From NCBI GenBank assembly GCA_036781025.1, contig DAIQBS010000005.1:30835-94834 (forward strand): 64,000 nt of DNA, given 5' to 3'. Positions 49,098 to 59,128 of the stretch are shown here, in pieces (the first letter of the stretch is position 1; the number at the start of each line of letters is the position of its first letter). This DNA is from Sphingobacterium sp. (GTDB lineage Bacteria; Bacteroidota; Bacteroidia; Sphingobacteriales; Sphingobacteriaceae). A program made the translations under genes and the position numbers. The notes under the pieces are model-generated. The model saw nothing but the letters and a program-made list of their open reading frames with translations, was not told the origin of the DNA and made no database searches.

Positions 49098-49379
49098 ATG
49101 AGTGTTGAGGTTGAACAAGAAACATTTACGTTGGAAGAAATCCTTGCATCTATCAAGGATCCGCATAAACTTATATTATGGAATGATGATGTCAATACTT
49201 TTGATCATGTCATATTTTGTCTGATGCATTATTTGCAATATTCTGCAGAAGAGGCCGCTCGAATAGCATTTAAAGTTCATAATGATGGTAAATGCATCGT
49301 ATTAGAAGGTTCTGTTACTGAATTAGAGGTTTATCGCAAAATTTTAAAAACCGAAGGATTAACTGTTTCTGTAGAGTAA
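49098..49379 (+). CDS. clpS: ATP-dependent Clp protease adaptor ClpS
   Basis: LILWNDDVNTFDHVI..L...VHNDGK. Confidence 0.9.
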   Translation: MSVEVEQETFTLEEILASIKDPHKLILWNDDVNTFDHVIFCLMHYLQYSAEEAARIAFKVHNDGKCIVLEGSVTELEVYRKILKTEGLTVSVE

Positions 49380-49465
49380 ATTTATAAGTAATATTAAGGT
49401 TACTTGCCTGCTTATTAAGGATTTTATATGCAACTTTACGGATATCATAACAGCTTTAATATCCT

Positions 49466-51943
49466 ATGTTCATTAAAAATCTTACGTTAATTTTATTACT
49501 AACTATTCCATTTCTTTCATTTTCACAACAAGCAAAGCTTTCAGGAACCGTTTTAAAACAAGACAGTGTTACTGTTATCGCTGGGGCTAGTATTTCCCTA
49601 TTGTCTAGTTCGAATAACCGTATTGTACGCAGCCAACAATCTAATGAGCAAGGATTGTTTATATTGAATGACGTGCCTGTCGGAACATATACGCTTCGGG
49701 TAAGTTCATTGGGACATCAAACTTATAGTCAATCTTCTTTGCAAATAAAAGGCAATGAACAGTTGAATTTGGGTAAAATCATATTAGAAGAACAAGGAGA
49801 AAAATTGTCTGAAATTGTGGTTCAAGGAAAACTTCCTGATCTACAAATAGGAATTGATAAAAAAGTTTTTGATGTTTCTCAAAGTTTGGTGAGTGCCGGA
49901 GGATCCGCACAGGATGTTTTGGCAAATGTGCCTACACTTCAACTAGAATCAGATGGTTCCATCAGTTTAAGAGGATCAACCAATGTTCGTATATTAATCG
50001 ATGGCAAAGAATCTGCGATGGCTGGATCTGATATTAATGCCTTTCTACAATCCCTTCCTGGAGATGCGATTTCTAAAGTAGAGATTATGACGAATCCTTC
50101 TGCCAAGCACGACGCGGCGGGGCAATCTGGTATTGTCAATATTATTTTAAAGAAAAATATCCGTACAGGTTTAAATGGATCCGTTAATGTTTCAGGAGGT
50201 TCTTATGAAAATGCGCAGACAGGTGTGACCTTAAATTACAGACCTGGAAAGGTAAATTATTTTGCTAGCTATAATTTTGCTAAGCGTAATATGGTAGGAG
50301 AAGGATATACCGATAATACAGACTTTATCAACGGAATCGTTCAATCGACTAGTCCAAGAACTCGAAACGAGGAGGAAAGCAGCAGAAAAGGGAATAACCA
50401 CACTATACGATTAGGAACGGATTATTATGCATCGGAGAAAACCACGCTAAGTTTAGCAGGGAATTTGAGCATACGTGATAATAACAGAACGCAAGATTTC
50501 AATTACTTTTATTGGAATTTGCCAGGTTATGGTGCTAATGGATTACGTAATTCAGCACAACTGGAAGATGATTTGGGAATCGATGTTCAGTTTGATTTTA
50601 AACAAGGCTTTAAGCGTGAAGGAGAGGAAATCATGGCGAACATTTCTTATGGAAATGATAGTGAGGATGGTACGAATAATTTCTTTCAGGAATATGCGAG
50701 TAACAGACCTAATTTGATTCGTAAAAACACGACTTCTGAGGCAGGAACGAATTGGAATTTCCAGTTGGATTATACTTTGCCATTTGCTGAAGACCATAAG
50801 TTTGAAGCAGGTTACCGAAGTATTATTCGCCGATCTGAAGATACACAGTTTTCTATGTTGGATTCCATAGGAGGAACATTGAACCCCGATTATAACGTGA
50901 GTAATAATTTTGATATGGAGAGTTTGGTGCATGCATTGTACGCAAATTACCAGCGAAAACTTACGGATAAGTTTGGTATGCAATTTGGATTGCGTGCCGA
51001 GCAAGCGAATTTAAATTCAACATATTATGGGCTGAATCCAGCTAATCCAAGTAAAACAGATGGAAAGTTAGACTATTTTAGAGTTTATCCTAGTTTGTTT
51101 TTGAGTTATGATGTAGGTCAAGGTAGAGGAGATAAAGTTCAGTTAAGTTATACCCGAAGAGTGGAAAGACCTAGGGGATGGCAAGTGAATCCTTTCATAG
51201 ATATGTCTAATGAGCAGAGCTATATGCAGGGAAATCCAAACTTAATGCCTCAGGATATTCATGCAATGGAATTAAGTTTTTCTAAGTTTTACGATACTTG
51301 GAACTTCGTAAGTTCGGCTTATTATCGTCGATCCAATGATGTAGCCATGCCTTTTATTTATCCGGATTCGTTGATTTCAGATATTGTAGGAGATCGTAGT
51401 AATATTACCTATTCGAAATGGGAAAATGTTGCGGATAATAATGCAATGGGTTTTGAGTTAATTTCCAAGGTAAACCTGTTCAAATGGTGGGATGTAACAG
51501 CAAATGCAAATTTGTTCTATAATCAAATGAACCCTAAAGCTAATTTTGATGTGGAATCCGTTTCCAATTTTAATTGGAATGGAAATTTAAACAGCAATGT
51601 GAAATTTACGCCAACTTTTTCAGCACAAGTGCGAGGTGATTATCGTTCAGGGATGCGTACATTACAAGGTAAGATGAACCCAATGATGGGTATGGATGTG
51701 GCATTGAAAAAAGATTTGTTTCAGAATAAAGCGAACTTGACCTTAAATGTTCGTGATGTATTTAACACCCGTAAATTTGAAATGCAGAATATTTTGCCGG
51801 ACAGACAAGTTAATTTTTCTCATCGTTGGATGAAAAGAATGATTAATTTAAGCTTCACTTACCGCTTTGGAATACAAGAAAAAGGTAAAAAACCAAGGGA
51901 AGAAAACATGGATATGGGCGATATGGGAGGTCAGCCATATTAA
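49466..51943 (+). CDS. TonB-dependent receptor / OMP beta-barrel family 3 with N-terminal carboxypeptidase-like domain
   Basis: DKKVFDV plug start, ISKVEIMTNPSAK..G..GIVNIILK, C-terminal SFTYRFG. Confidence 0.88.
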   Translation: MFIKNLTLILLLTIPFLSFSQQAKLSGTVLKQDSVTVIAGASISLLSSSNNRIVRSQQSNEQGLFILNDVPVGTYTLRVSSLGHQTYSQSSLQIKGNEQLNLGKIILEEQGEKLSEIVVQGKLPDLQIGIDKKVFDVSQSLVSAGGSAQDVLANVPTLQLESDGSISLRGSTNVRILIDGKESAMAGSDINAFLQSLPGDAISKVEIMTNPSAKHDAAGQSGIVNIILKKNIRTGLNGSVNVSGGSYENAQTGVTLNYRPGKVNYFASYNFAKRNMVGEGYTDNTDFINGIVQSTSPRTRNEEESSRKGNNHTIRLGTDYYASEKTTLSLAGNLSIRDNNRTQDFNYFYWNLPGYGANGLRNSAQLEDDLGIDVQFDFKQGFKREGEEIMANISYGNDSEDGTNNFFQEYASNRPNLIRKNTTSEAGTNWNFQLDYTLPFAEDHKFEAGYRSIIRRSEDTQFSMLDSIGGTLNPDYNVSNNFDMESLVHALYANYQRKLTDKFGMQFGLRAEQANLNSTYYGLNPANPSKTDGKLDYFRVYPSLFLSYDVGQGRGDKVQLSYTRRVERPRGWQVNPFIDMSNEQSYMQGNPNLMPQDIHAMELSFSKFYDTWNFVSSAYYRRSNDVAMPFIYPDSLISDIVGDRSNITYSKWENVADNNAMGFELISKVNLFKWWDVTANANLFYNQMNPKANFDVESVSNFNWNGNLNSNVKFTPTFSAQVRGDYRSGMRTLQGKMNPMMGMDVALKKDLFQNKANLTLNVRDVFNTRKFEMQNILPDRQVNFSHRWMKRMINLSFTYRFGIQEKGKKPREENMDMGDMGGQPY

Positions 51944-52002
51944 TACTTGTTAATGCAAATTCTTTCAATTAATTTAGACTTTTAAAATAATCAACTATAC
52001 AT

Positions 52003-52821
52003 ATGAAAAGAAATTTTGTTTTTGTGATGATTAGCACTATCGGTTTAGCATTAAGTTCATGTGCGACTAAGAATAATGCGGTAACAGTAGATCCTAATGC
52101 TCCAAAGTATGAATTATTAGACCTGCCAAAAGTAAATATCAAAGACTTTAAAAAGAACTCAGCTGGAGCATACGTGATATTTGATGGTTCTTCATTGAAC
52201 GGATGGAGAGGATACAATAAAAATCACGTTCCAAGTAAATGGAGTATCGATAAGGGTACATTGAAATTTTCTAAAAATCCTGCGGGGGTTCAAAATGCTG
52301 AAGGAGGAGATATCATTTTTGCTCACGATTTTAAAAATTTCGAATTAGAATTTGAATGGAAAATCTCGCAAGCAGGAAATTCAGGTGTTTTCTTTTTAGC
52401 TAAAGAAGTGAAAGGGCAACCAATCTATATTTCAAGTCCAGAATACCAATTGTTAGATAACGTGGCTCATCCAGATGCTAAACAAGGAGTAGATGGTAAC
52501 CGTAAATCAGCGTCTTTATACGATATGATTCCTGCAAAACCTCAAAATTCATTTCCAGCTGGAGAATGGAACAGAGCGAAAATTGTGGTGAATAAAGGAA
52601 AAGTAACGCATTATCAAAATGATGAGAAAGTTGTGGAGTACGAATTTTGGACACCAGAATGGACTCAGTTATTGCAATCCAGTAAATTCAGTAAAGATAA
52701 ATGGCCTTTAGCATTTGAATTACTGAATAATGTAGGCGGCAAAACAAAATCGGGAGTTATTGGATTCCAAGATCATGGAGATGATATTTGGTTGAAAAAT
52801 GTAACCGTTAAAGTATTATAA
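52003..52821 (+). CDS. DUF1080 (3-keto-disaccharide hydrolase-like) lipoprotein
   Basis: FDGSSLNGWRGY, NFELEFEWK..GNSG, EYQLLD and QDHGD. Confidence 0.88.
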   Translation: MKRNFVFVMISTIGLALSSCATKNNAVTVDPNAPKYELLDLPKVNIKDFKKNSAGAYVIFDGSSLNGWRGYNKNHVPSKWSIDKGTLKFSKNPAGVQNAEGGDIIFAHDFKNFELEFEWKISQAGNSGVFFLAKEVKGQPIYISSPEYQLLDNVAHPDAKQGVDGNRKSASLYDMIPAKPQNSFPAGEWNRAKIVVNKGKVTHYQNDEKVVEYEFWTPEWTQLLQSSKFSKDKWPLAFELLNNVGGKTKSGVIGFQDHGDDIWLKNVTVKVL

Positions 52822-53930
52822 TGAAGAATACCTTCAATTTTTGGAAAGAGAGCTTTTTGAGCTCTCTTTTTTGTATGCTCGTGATGCTGATTCAGGCACA
52901 AGAAAAGATTTGGCAGAATCCGTTGCAGGCAAATATGGTCTCTGGTCGCTCTGCTGAACTTCGCTTGGAAGATGGATATGGTCGACTCCCAGCAGCATAT
53001 GAAACGCAAGTGCGAGGGCCAGTTTGGAATTTGGGTTTACAAGCTGCAGGTGTTTATGTGGATTTTAGTACCGAAGCGGATAGTATTTTTGTGCGGTACC
53101 AGGTTAGTGGAGGTTTAAATATGCCCCACATGCCTAGCACTGGTGTCAGTGGGCTTGATTTGTATGCTTTGGATCCACAAGATAAGCAATGGCATTGGGC
53201 TCATGGCAGGTATCAATTTAAAGATACCATCCTCTACAATTTTGAGAATTTGGGACATCATGGGAATAAAACCTATCGTTTGTATCTGCCATTATACAAT
53301 CAAGTAAAATGGTTGGAAATTGGTACTTCATCCAAGTTCAGCTTGACATTTAAAAAAGACAGCAATAAGCCTATCGTGGTGTATGGAACTTCAATTGCAC
53401 AAGGTGCATGTGCAAGTCGTCCAGGTTTAGGATGGACGAATAATTTAGGAAGATCTCTTCAAAAACCGGTCGTGAACTTAGCTTTCTCTGGAAATGGGCG
53501 TTTGGAAAAACCTATACTTAACCTGATTAATAACATCGATGCTGAGGTTTATATTTTGGACTGCATTCCTAATCTATCATTGAGAGGGGGTAGGTCTGCG
53601 GAAGAGCTTAGTCAATTGATTGAGGAAGCTGTGATGATGCTTCGTAAAGAACATCCACTCGTTCCCATCGTCTTGACAGCCCATAGCTCATCAAATGTGA
53701 ATGGCGTATTGAATCGAGGTACGGAAAGTGAATATACGGAAAGTACAAAGGTTGCAGAAAATACAGTAAAAGTCTTGCAGAAACAAGGAGTTAAAAAGTT
53801 GTTTTGGTTAAGTTCAAACAGTATACAATTGGATGTTAATTCTACGGTAGACTATGCTCATCCGAATGATATTGGGATGAAGAAAATAGCCGAAGCCTAT
53901 GAAAAGCTATTAAAAAGAATTTTAAAATAG
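52821..53930 (+). CDS. SGNH/GDSL hydrolase with N-terminal GxDLY domain
   Basis: SGLDLY, YGTSIAQG, NLAFSGNG and DYAHP. Confidence 0.88.
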   Translation: MKNTFNFWKESFLSSLFCMLVMLIQAQEKIWQNPLQANMVSGRSAELRLEDGYGRLPAAYETQVRGPVWNLGLQAAGVYVDFSTEADSIFVRYQVSGGLNMPHMPSTGVSGLDLYALDPQDKQWHWAHGRYQFKDTILYNFENLGHHGNKTYRLYLPLYNQVKWLEIGTSSKFSLTFKKDSNKPIVVYGTSIAQGACASRPGLGWTNNLGRSLQKPVVNLAFSGNGRLEKPILNLINNIDAEVYILDCIPNLSLRGGRSAEELSQLIEEAVMMLRKEHPLVPIVLTAHSSSNVNGVLNRGTESEYTESTKVAENTVKVLQKQGVKKLFWLSSNSIQLDVNSTVDYAHPNDIGMKKIAEAYEKLLKRILK

Positions 53931-53938
53931 ATTCAGAT

Positions 53939-54640
53939 TTATAAAATTTCCTGGAGTTCAGCAAGATCGATAATCATATAATGGATATCCGCTGGTTTTT
54001 CAGTCTGATTGGGGTTGAAGTAAATTGCATCAATTCCAGCATTCATTGCTCCTCGAACATCTGCATCTATATTATCACCAATCATAATACTTTGCTCTTG
54101 CTTTGCAATACCAAGGTCTAAAGCGTGTTTGAATATGCGTGGGTCAGGCTTATTGATGCCAATTAGTTCGGAAATAACGATGTTCTCAAAATATTGGTTA
54201 AGATTGCTATGTTCTAATTTTTTTTCACAGGCTTCCTTAAATCCATTGGAGATTAAATGCATTTGATATTTTCCTTTTAAGTAGGATAAAGTTTCATGTG
54301 CATTTGGGAAAAGATTGGTTTTGGTAGGGCAAATCGCTAGATAGTCGATTTCAAAGTCTGTAGGAAATAAATCAGGATTTACGCCTAGTTGAGAGAAGGT
54401 ATCTGCGAAACGGAGGTGTCTTAGGGTCGCTTTATCAATTTTACCATGATGGTATAGATTCCAAAGCCGGTGGTTATTGAGGGTGTACGTTTCAATGAAT
54501 TGATCTGCTGAGGTAGCGTTGAATAAATCATGAAAATTATATTTTTGATAAAGCTCATGCAAGGTCTCTTCTGCATTTTTATCAAAATCCCAAATGGTAT
54601 GATCTAAGTCGAAAAATAAGTGCTTTTTATCCCGAAACAT
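53939..54640 (-). CDS. yjjG: YjjG-family HAD pyrimidine nucleotidase
   Basis: FFDLDHTIWDF, ISNGF, KPDPRIF and MIGD..AD. Confidence 0.88.
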   Translation of the reverse strand: MFRDKKHLFFDLDHTIWDFDKNAEETLHELYQKYNFHDLFNATSADQFIETYTLNNHRLWNLYHHGKIDKATLRHLRFADTFSQLGVNPDLFPTDFEIDYLAICPTKTNLFPNAHETLSYLKGKYQMHLISNGFKEACEKKLEHSNLNQYFENIVISELIGINKPDPRIFKHALDLGIAKQEQSIMIGDNIDADVRGAMNAGIDAIYFNPNQTEKPADIHYMIIDLAELQEIL

Positions 54641-54760
54641 AGACAAAGATAGTTTTATACCATCGGGTTGGCAAATACAGATTCTAAGTTTACTGTCATA
54701 AAGTTTTTGTTGTTTTCTTATCCATGGGTATTTAAGTACCTTTGTGAGGAGAAAATACGT

Positions 54761-55636
54761 ATGAAAAAAGCCTTATTTCTATTTTACTTTTTGTTTTTTT
54801 ATGCAATTGCCCAGTTATTATGGTGGGGGTTTATCTTAATTAAATTTGAGCCAGACCGCAAAGGGATGATTGTAGGGGAAGGATTGATCTTTTTATTCAT
54901 ATTTGTATGGGGCGCTTTCCGTTTAAAAAAGCATGTGAATAGAGAACATGAGATTAATCAACAACAACAAAATTTCTTACTAGCTATCACTCATGAATTG
55001 AAATCACCATTGGCTTCGGTTAAATTGTATATTCAAACGATATTAAAAAGGGAATTAGAACGGGAGAAGCAAAAGGAATTTTTAAACAATTCTTTGAAGG
55101 ATATTGAACGATTGGATGATTTGGTGGAGAATGTATTGTTGACTACTAAATTGGAGAATCGGGCTTATCAACTTCCCAAAGAGCAAATCGATATGAGTGC
55201 TTTAGTAGGAGAGGTAATCGATAGGTTGCAAAAAAATGCTTGCAAATCTCAGGTTATAAAATTTGATTTAGCCTCAGGAGTAAATTTACGGGCAGATAAA
55301 TTTGCGATCATCAATGTGATTACTAATCTTATAGAAAATGCAGTCAAATACTCCCCTCCTTGTGCAACAGTGCAGGTGGATTTAGTAGTTCGAGGGACAG
55401 ATTTAATATTTTCTGTGGCTGACCATGGTGAAGGAATCCCGGCTGAGGAAAAAAAACTTATCTTTAATAAATTTTACCGAGTAGGTAGTGAAGCGACCCG
55501 TAAAACTAAAGGTACAGGTTTGGGGTTATATATCGTAAAAACAGTTTTACAAAAACATGATGCTACCATTAAGGTAAAAGATAACACACCTACTGGGAGT
55601 ATTTTTGAAGTAACATTTGAAAATTATGCAAACTAA
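54761..55636 (+). CDS. Membrane sensor histidine kinase (HisKA)
   Basis: Two TMs; THELKSPL, NLIENAVKYS, DHGEGI and GTGLGL; TACCTTTG promoter at 54737. Confidence 0.92.
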   Translation: MKKALFLFYFLFFYAIAQLLWWGFILIKFEPDRKGMIVGEGLIFLFIFVWGAFRLKKHVNREHEINQQQQNFLLAITHELKSPLASVKLYIQTILKRELEREKQKEFLNNSLKDIERLDDLVENVLLTTKLENRAYQLPKEQIDMSALVGEVIDRLQKNACKSQVIKFDLASGVNLRADKFAIINVITNLIENAVKYSPPCATVQVDLVVRGTDLIFSVADHGEGIPAEEKKLIFNKFYRVGSEATRKTKGTGLGLYIVKTVLQKHDATIKVKDNTPTGSIFEVTFENYAN

Positions 55637-56333
55637 GCAAAGAATCTTATTGGTTGAAGATGAAGAACATCTTTTGGAAGCTATCAAATTAAATTTAGAA
55701 TTAGAAGGTTATCGTGTCACTACGGCAAGTGATGGCAAGAAAGCGCTGAAATTATTTAAAGAAGAACGATTCAACCTGATCATCCTTGATGTGATGATTC
55801 CGGAGATTGATGGATTTCAGGTGGCTGATACCATTCGACTTCATAACTCTGAGGTGCCAATTATGTTTTTAACCGCTAAAAATAGTTCTGAAGATCGTAT
55901 TACCGGGTTGAAAAAAGGGGCTGACGATTACCTTGTTAAGCCTTTCAATTTGGAAGAATTGATATTGAGGGTGAGTAATTTAATTCGTCGCGGTATGAAA
56001 GGCGATGATTTGAAAGAATTGAATTCTTACAGTATAGGCGATAAGACGATTTATTTTAACTCCTTTGAATTGCATTATGCTGACGGAAGTATTTCTTCAT
56101 TGACCAAGAAAGAAACCATGCTTTTAAAATTGTTAATTGAGCGTCGTAATGAAGCGGTTTCCAGGGAGCAAATCTTAGAGACAGTTTGGAACTATGATGT
56201 GTACCCATCAACCAGAACCATCGATAATTTCATCCTGACCTTTAGGAAATATTTTGAGCCTGATCAAAAACACCCTATTTATTTTCACTCTATTCGAGGC
56301 GTTGGGTATAAATTTACAGATAACCAGGGATAG
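55626..56333 (+). CDS. OmpR-family response regulator
   Basis: LVEDE, LDVMIP, GADDYLVKPF; winged helix with RTIDNFI..RGVGY. Confidence 0.93.
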   Translation: MQTKQRILLVEDEEHLLEAIKLNLELEGYRVTTASDGKKALKLFKEERFNLIILDVMIPEIDGFQVADTIRLHNSEVPIMFLTAKNSSEDRITGLKKGADDYLVKPFNLEELILRVSNLIRRGMKGDDLKELNSYSIGDKTIYFNSFELHYADGSISSLTKKETMLLKLLIERRNEAVSREQILETVWNYDVYPSTRTIDNFILTFRKYFEPDQKHPIYFHSIRGVGYKFTDNQG

Positions 56334-56339
56334 GTTTTC

Positions 56340-56855
56340 ATGAACACTACTGCACGTAAAATAGTAATCGCAATAGCGATTGGTTTCCTAGTGTATGCCT
56401 TGTTCGCAAAGCATTATAATATTGCGATTTATATTTTCGGAGGAATTGCCTATTTGGTATGGAGTTATCTTCGAGAAGGTACGGTATATTTAGCGACTCA
56501 GGCTTTTCATAAGCAAGATTATGAAAAGACAAAATCACTTTTAGCTGAAATAAAAAATCCCAATCAATTGCGCAAAGGAAGGCGGAATTTTTATGAATTT
56601 ATGATGGGCAATATAGCCTTAAAAGAGGAGCGGATAGAAGAAGCGGAATACCACTTTCAAATGGCTTCCAGATTGCCTTGGAAGCGAGATAATGAAAAGG
56701 GGATGGTGTTGATAAATCTGGCTAATATAAATCTCCGTAAGAAAGAGTATGCTCGAGTGAGTACTTATATCGAATTGGCGGAGAAATTGAGATTAACGGC
56801 TCGTCAGCAGGAAATAATAAGTAAAATAAGAAACGAAGTAAATAAACATATATAG
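56340..56855 (+). CDS. Membrane-anchored TPR protein
   Basis: Two N-terminal TMs, then TPR-like helices; stop overlaps the hemE start. Confidence 0.65.
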   Translation: MNTTARKIVIAIAIGFLVYALFAKHYNIAIYIFGGIAYLVWSYLREGTVYLATQAFHKQDYEKTKSLLAEIKNPNQLRKGRRNFYEFMMGNIALKEERIEEAEYHFQMASRLPWKRDNEKGMVLINLANINLRKKEYARVSTYIELAEKLRLTARQQEIISKIRNEVNKHI

Positions 56856-57889
56856 TGAATAATTTAAAAAATGATCTTTTAATACGTGCTGCATTTTCCC
56901 AGGCGACAGAAAGACCGCCAGTATGGATGATGCGTCAAGCAGGTAGATTTATGAAGGAATATTGGGATATTAAAAACAAATATACCTTCTTGGAAATGTG
57001 TAAAACACCAGAAATAGCTGCTGATGTAACCATGTTACCTATCGACTTATTAGGTGTGGATGCAGCGATTTTATTTTCTGATATTTTAGTTACCGCAGAA
57101 GCTATGGGAGGAGATTTATCCTTCGAGCAAGGAGTAGGCCCTCGGTTTTCGAACCCTATCCGTTCAGCGCAAGATGCAGCCTACCTTTCAACAGATTGTT
57201 TGGATAAATTGCAATATGTAGGTGATGCTATTCGTGTCATTCAGCAACGTTTAGATAATCAAGTTCCATTAATAGGTTTTGCTGGAGCTCCGTTTACTAT
57301 TTTAAGTTACTTGGTCGAAGGAGGCTCTTCCAAAGACTTTAAATTGACTAAAACCTTATTGAATAATCAACCGGACTTAGCTCATGCTATTTTGCAAAAG
57401 ATTGCGGATGTTACGGTAGCCTATTTAAATATGCAAATTGAAGCTGGAGTAAATGCCGTTCAATTATTTGATAGCTGGGCATTGGCTTTATCTTGGAACG
57501 ATTATAAGGAGTTTAGTCATCACTATAATAATTATATCATTTCTAGATTGAATAGAAAAGATGTACCTGTGATTTCCTTCTGTAAAGGATCTTCCGTATT
57601 TGCTCCTTTAATGGCAGAGACAAAACCGGATGTAATATCGGTTGACTGGAATGCTGATTTATTACATATTAAACAAGCATTACCTCAGGGAATTGCTGTT
57701 CAAGGTAATCTTGATCCTTTTGTTCTTTATGCTGATAAGGCAGTAATCAAAAAGAAAATTTTGGAATTATTTGAAAGAATGCGTGGAGAGGAAGGCTTTA
57801 TTTTCAATCTAGGACATGGAATTATGCCAGATATTCCGTTCGATAATGTAAAATATGCAATCGAAGTCATTAAAGAATATCGATATTAA
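56855..57889 (+). CDS. hemE: Uroporphyrinogen decarboxylase
   Basis: PVWMMRQAGR, DAAILFSDIL, QLFDSW and FNLGHG. Confidence 0.97.
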   Translation: MNNLKNDLLIRAAFSQATERPPVWMMRQAGRFMKEYWDIKNKYTFLEMCKTPEIAADVTMLPIDLLGVDAAILFSDILVTAEAMGGDLSFEQGVGPRFSNPIRSAQDAAYLSTDCLDKLQYVGDAIRVIQQRLDNQVPLIGFAGAPFTILSYLVEGGSSKDFKLTKTLLNNQPDLAHAILQKIADVTVAYLNMQIEAGVNAVQLFDSWALALSWNDYKEFSHHYNNYIISRLNRKDVPVISFCKGSSVFAPLMAETKPDVISVDWNADLLHIKQALPQGIAVQGNLDPFVLYADKAVIKKKILELFERMRGEEGFIFNLGHGIMPDIPFDNVKYAIEVIKEYRY

Positions 57890-57905
57890 TCGATAATATT
57901 ATATT

Positions 57906-57946
57906 ATAAAGGAAGGAGCAAAGAATTGTTCCTTCCTTTATTTTTT
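57906..57946 (+). terminator. Intrinsic terminator
   Basis: ataaaggaaggagcaa / ttgttccttcctttat stem followed by a T run. Confidence 0.8.
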
Positions 57947-58065
57947 GGTTTTCCTTACATAGTTTAATGTTCGAGTCTGTTACGGCTGTAGATTCTTCAA
58001 ATTATGAGCCTTGCTCTTCCTGATTAAGAGATAATTGTTAATTTTGATACGATAAGAAATCTAGA

Positions 58066-58617
58066 ATGCTCTATTTATACGCAAAAGCTATTCATATTAT
58101 ATTCGTTGTTTGCTGGATGGCGGGATTATTTTATATGCCTCGTTTATTTATTTACCATCAAGAAGCTCGACAAAAAAATAAAGAGGAATATCGCGTATTG
58201 CATGAGCAATTTATGGTCATGGAACGAAAACTTTGGTGGGTCATAACAACACCCTCCATGTATATCGTTCTGCTGTCTGCCTTAGTCATGTTACATCTAA
58301 ACCCTGCTCTTTTGTTAACTGGTTGGATGCAGATAAAGCTGGTATTTGTTGGGCTGTTAGTTATCTATCATTTTAGATCGCAAAAAATGATGTTTCAATT
58401 ACGTAAGGAACAAATGACCTGGACATCTACACAATTGAGGCTTTGGAACGAAGTATCTACCCTAATTTTATTTGCTATTGTTTTTTTAGTGATTTTAAAA
58501 TCAACCATAGGTTGGGTGTTTGGCGTGGTAGGATTAGTATCATTAGCCATTCTCTTAATGGTATTAGTGAAGTTATATAAGAAGTATAGAAAAAGTAAAG
58601 GTGAACAAGTTGATTAA
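58066..58617 (+). CDS. hemJ: Protoporphyrinogen oxidase HemJ (CopD family)
   Basis: KAIHIIFVVCWMAGLFYMPRLFIYH, MERKL and RLWNEV. Confidence 0.9.
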   Translation: MLYLYAKAIHIIFVVCWMAGLFYMPRLFIYHQEARQKNKEEYRVLHEQFMVMERKLWWVITTPSMYIVLLSALVMLHLNPALLLTGWMQIKLVFVGLLVIYHFRSQKMMFQLRKEQMTWTSTQLRLWNEVSTLILFAIVFLVILKSTIGWVFGVVGLVSLAILLMVLVKLYKKYRKSKGEQVD

Positions 58618-58618
58618 T

Positions 58619-59125
58619 ATGAGATATATTTTAGCCGTAATTATTGGGGTGTTGTTTATGCAAACATCCAAAGCACAGGAAAATCAATGGGCATTGGGAT
58701 TTTTAACCGATATTCAATTTAAAGCATCCTCCGCTTACGCGAGTTATGGGTTGCAAGGAAGATATGATTTTGATGCTCATCAATCTCTACAAGCTCAGGT
58801 TTATGGCAGAGGTGAATTTATAGGTGCAGGTGCAGATTACATTATTCAATTCCTGAATAAAGAGAAATCCAATTTCAATGTGTTTCTAGGTCTAGGTTTG
58901 AGTCAAGAGTTTTTTACGTATGACTTGGCAACCGAGGAACCCAATACAAACCCAACGAAGGTGAGGGAAAATTTCAGTAAAGCCATTGGACAAATTGGAA
59001 TTAGTCAATATTTTCCAACAGTAGGGTTGTCCATATATGGAGGCTTTAAAACTAAGTATCAGTTTAAAGGCGATGTATTAGATGCCAACTATTTGACCTT
59101 AGGATTAAGGTACCATCTTTGGTAA
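58619..59125 (+). CDS. Small outer-membrane beta-barrel-like protein
   Basis: Signal peptide (KAQ), amphipathic strands, C-terminal LGLRYHLW. Confidence 0.65.
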   Translation: MRYILAVIIGVLFMQTSKAQENQWALGFLTDIQFKASSAYASYGLQGRYDFDAHQSLQAQVYGRGEFIGAGADYIIQFLNKEKSNFNVFLGLGLSQEFFTYDLATEEPNTNPTKVRENFSKAIGQIGISQYFPTVGLSIYGGFKTKYQFKGDVLDANYLTLGLRYHLW

Positions 59126-59128
59126 TTC

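Noticed and set aside
49031..49195. N-terminal extension of fabH overlapping clpS
   Set aside because: FabH-like sequence begins at ATG 49030; the extension is an open antisense frame of clpS.
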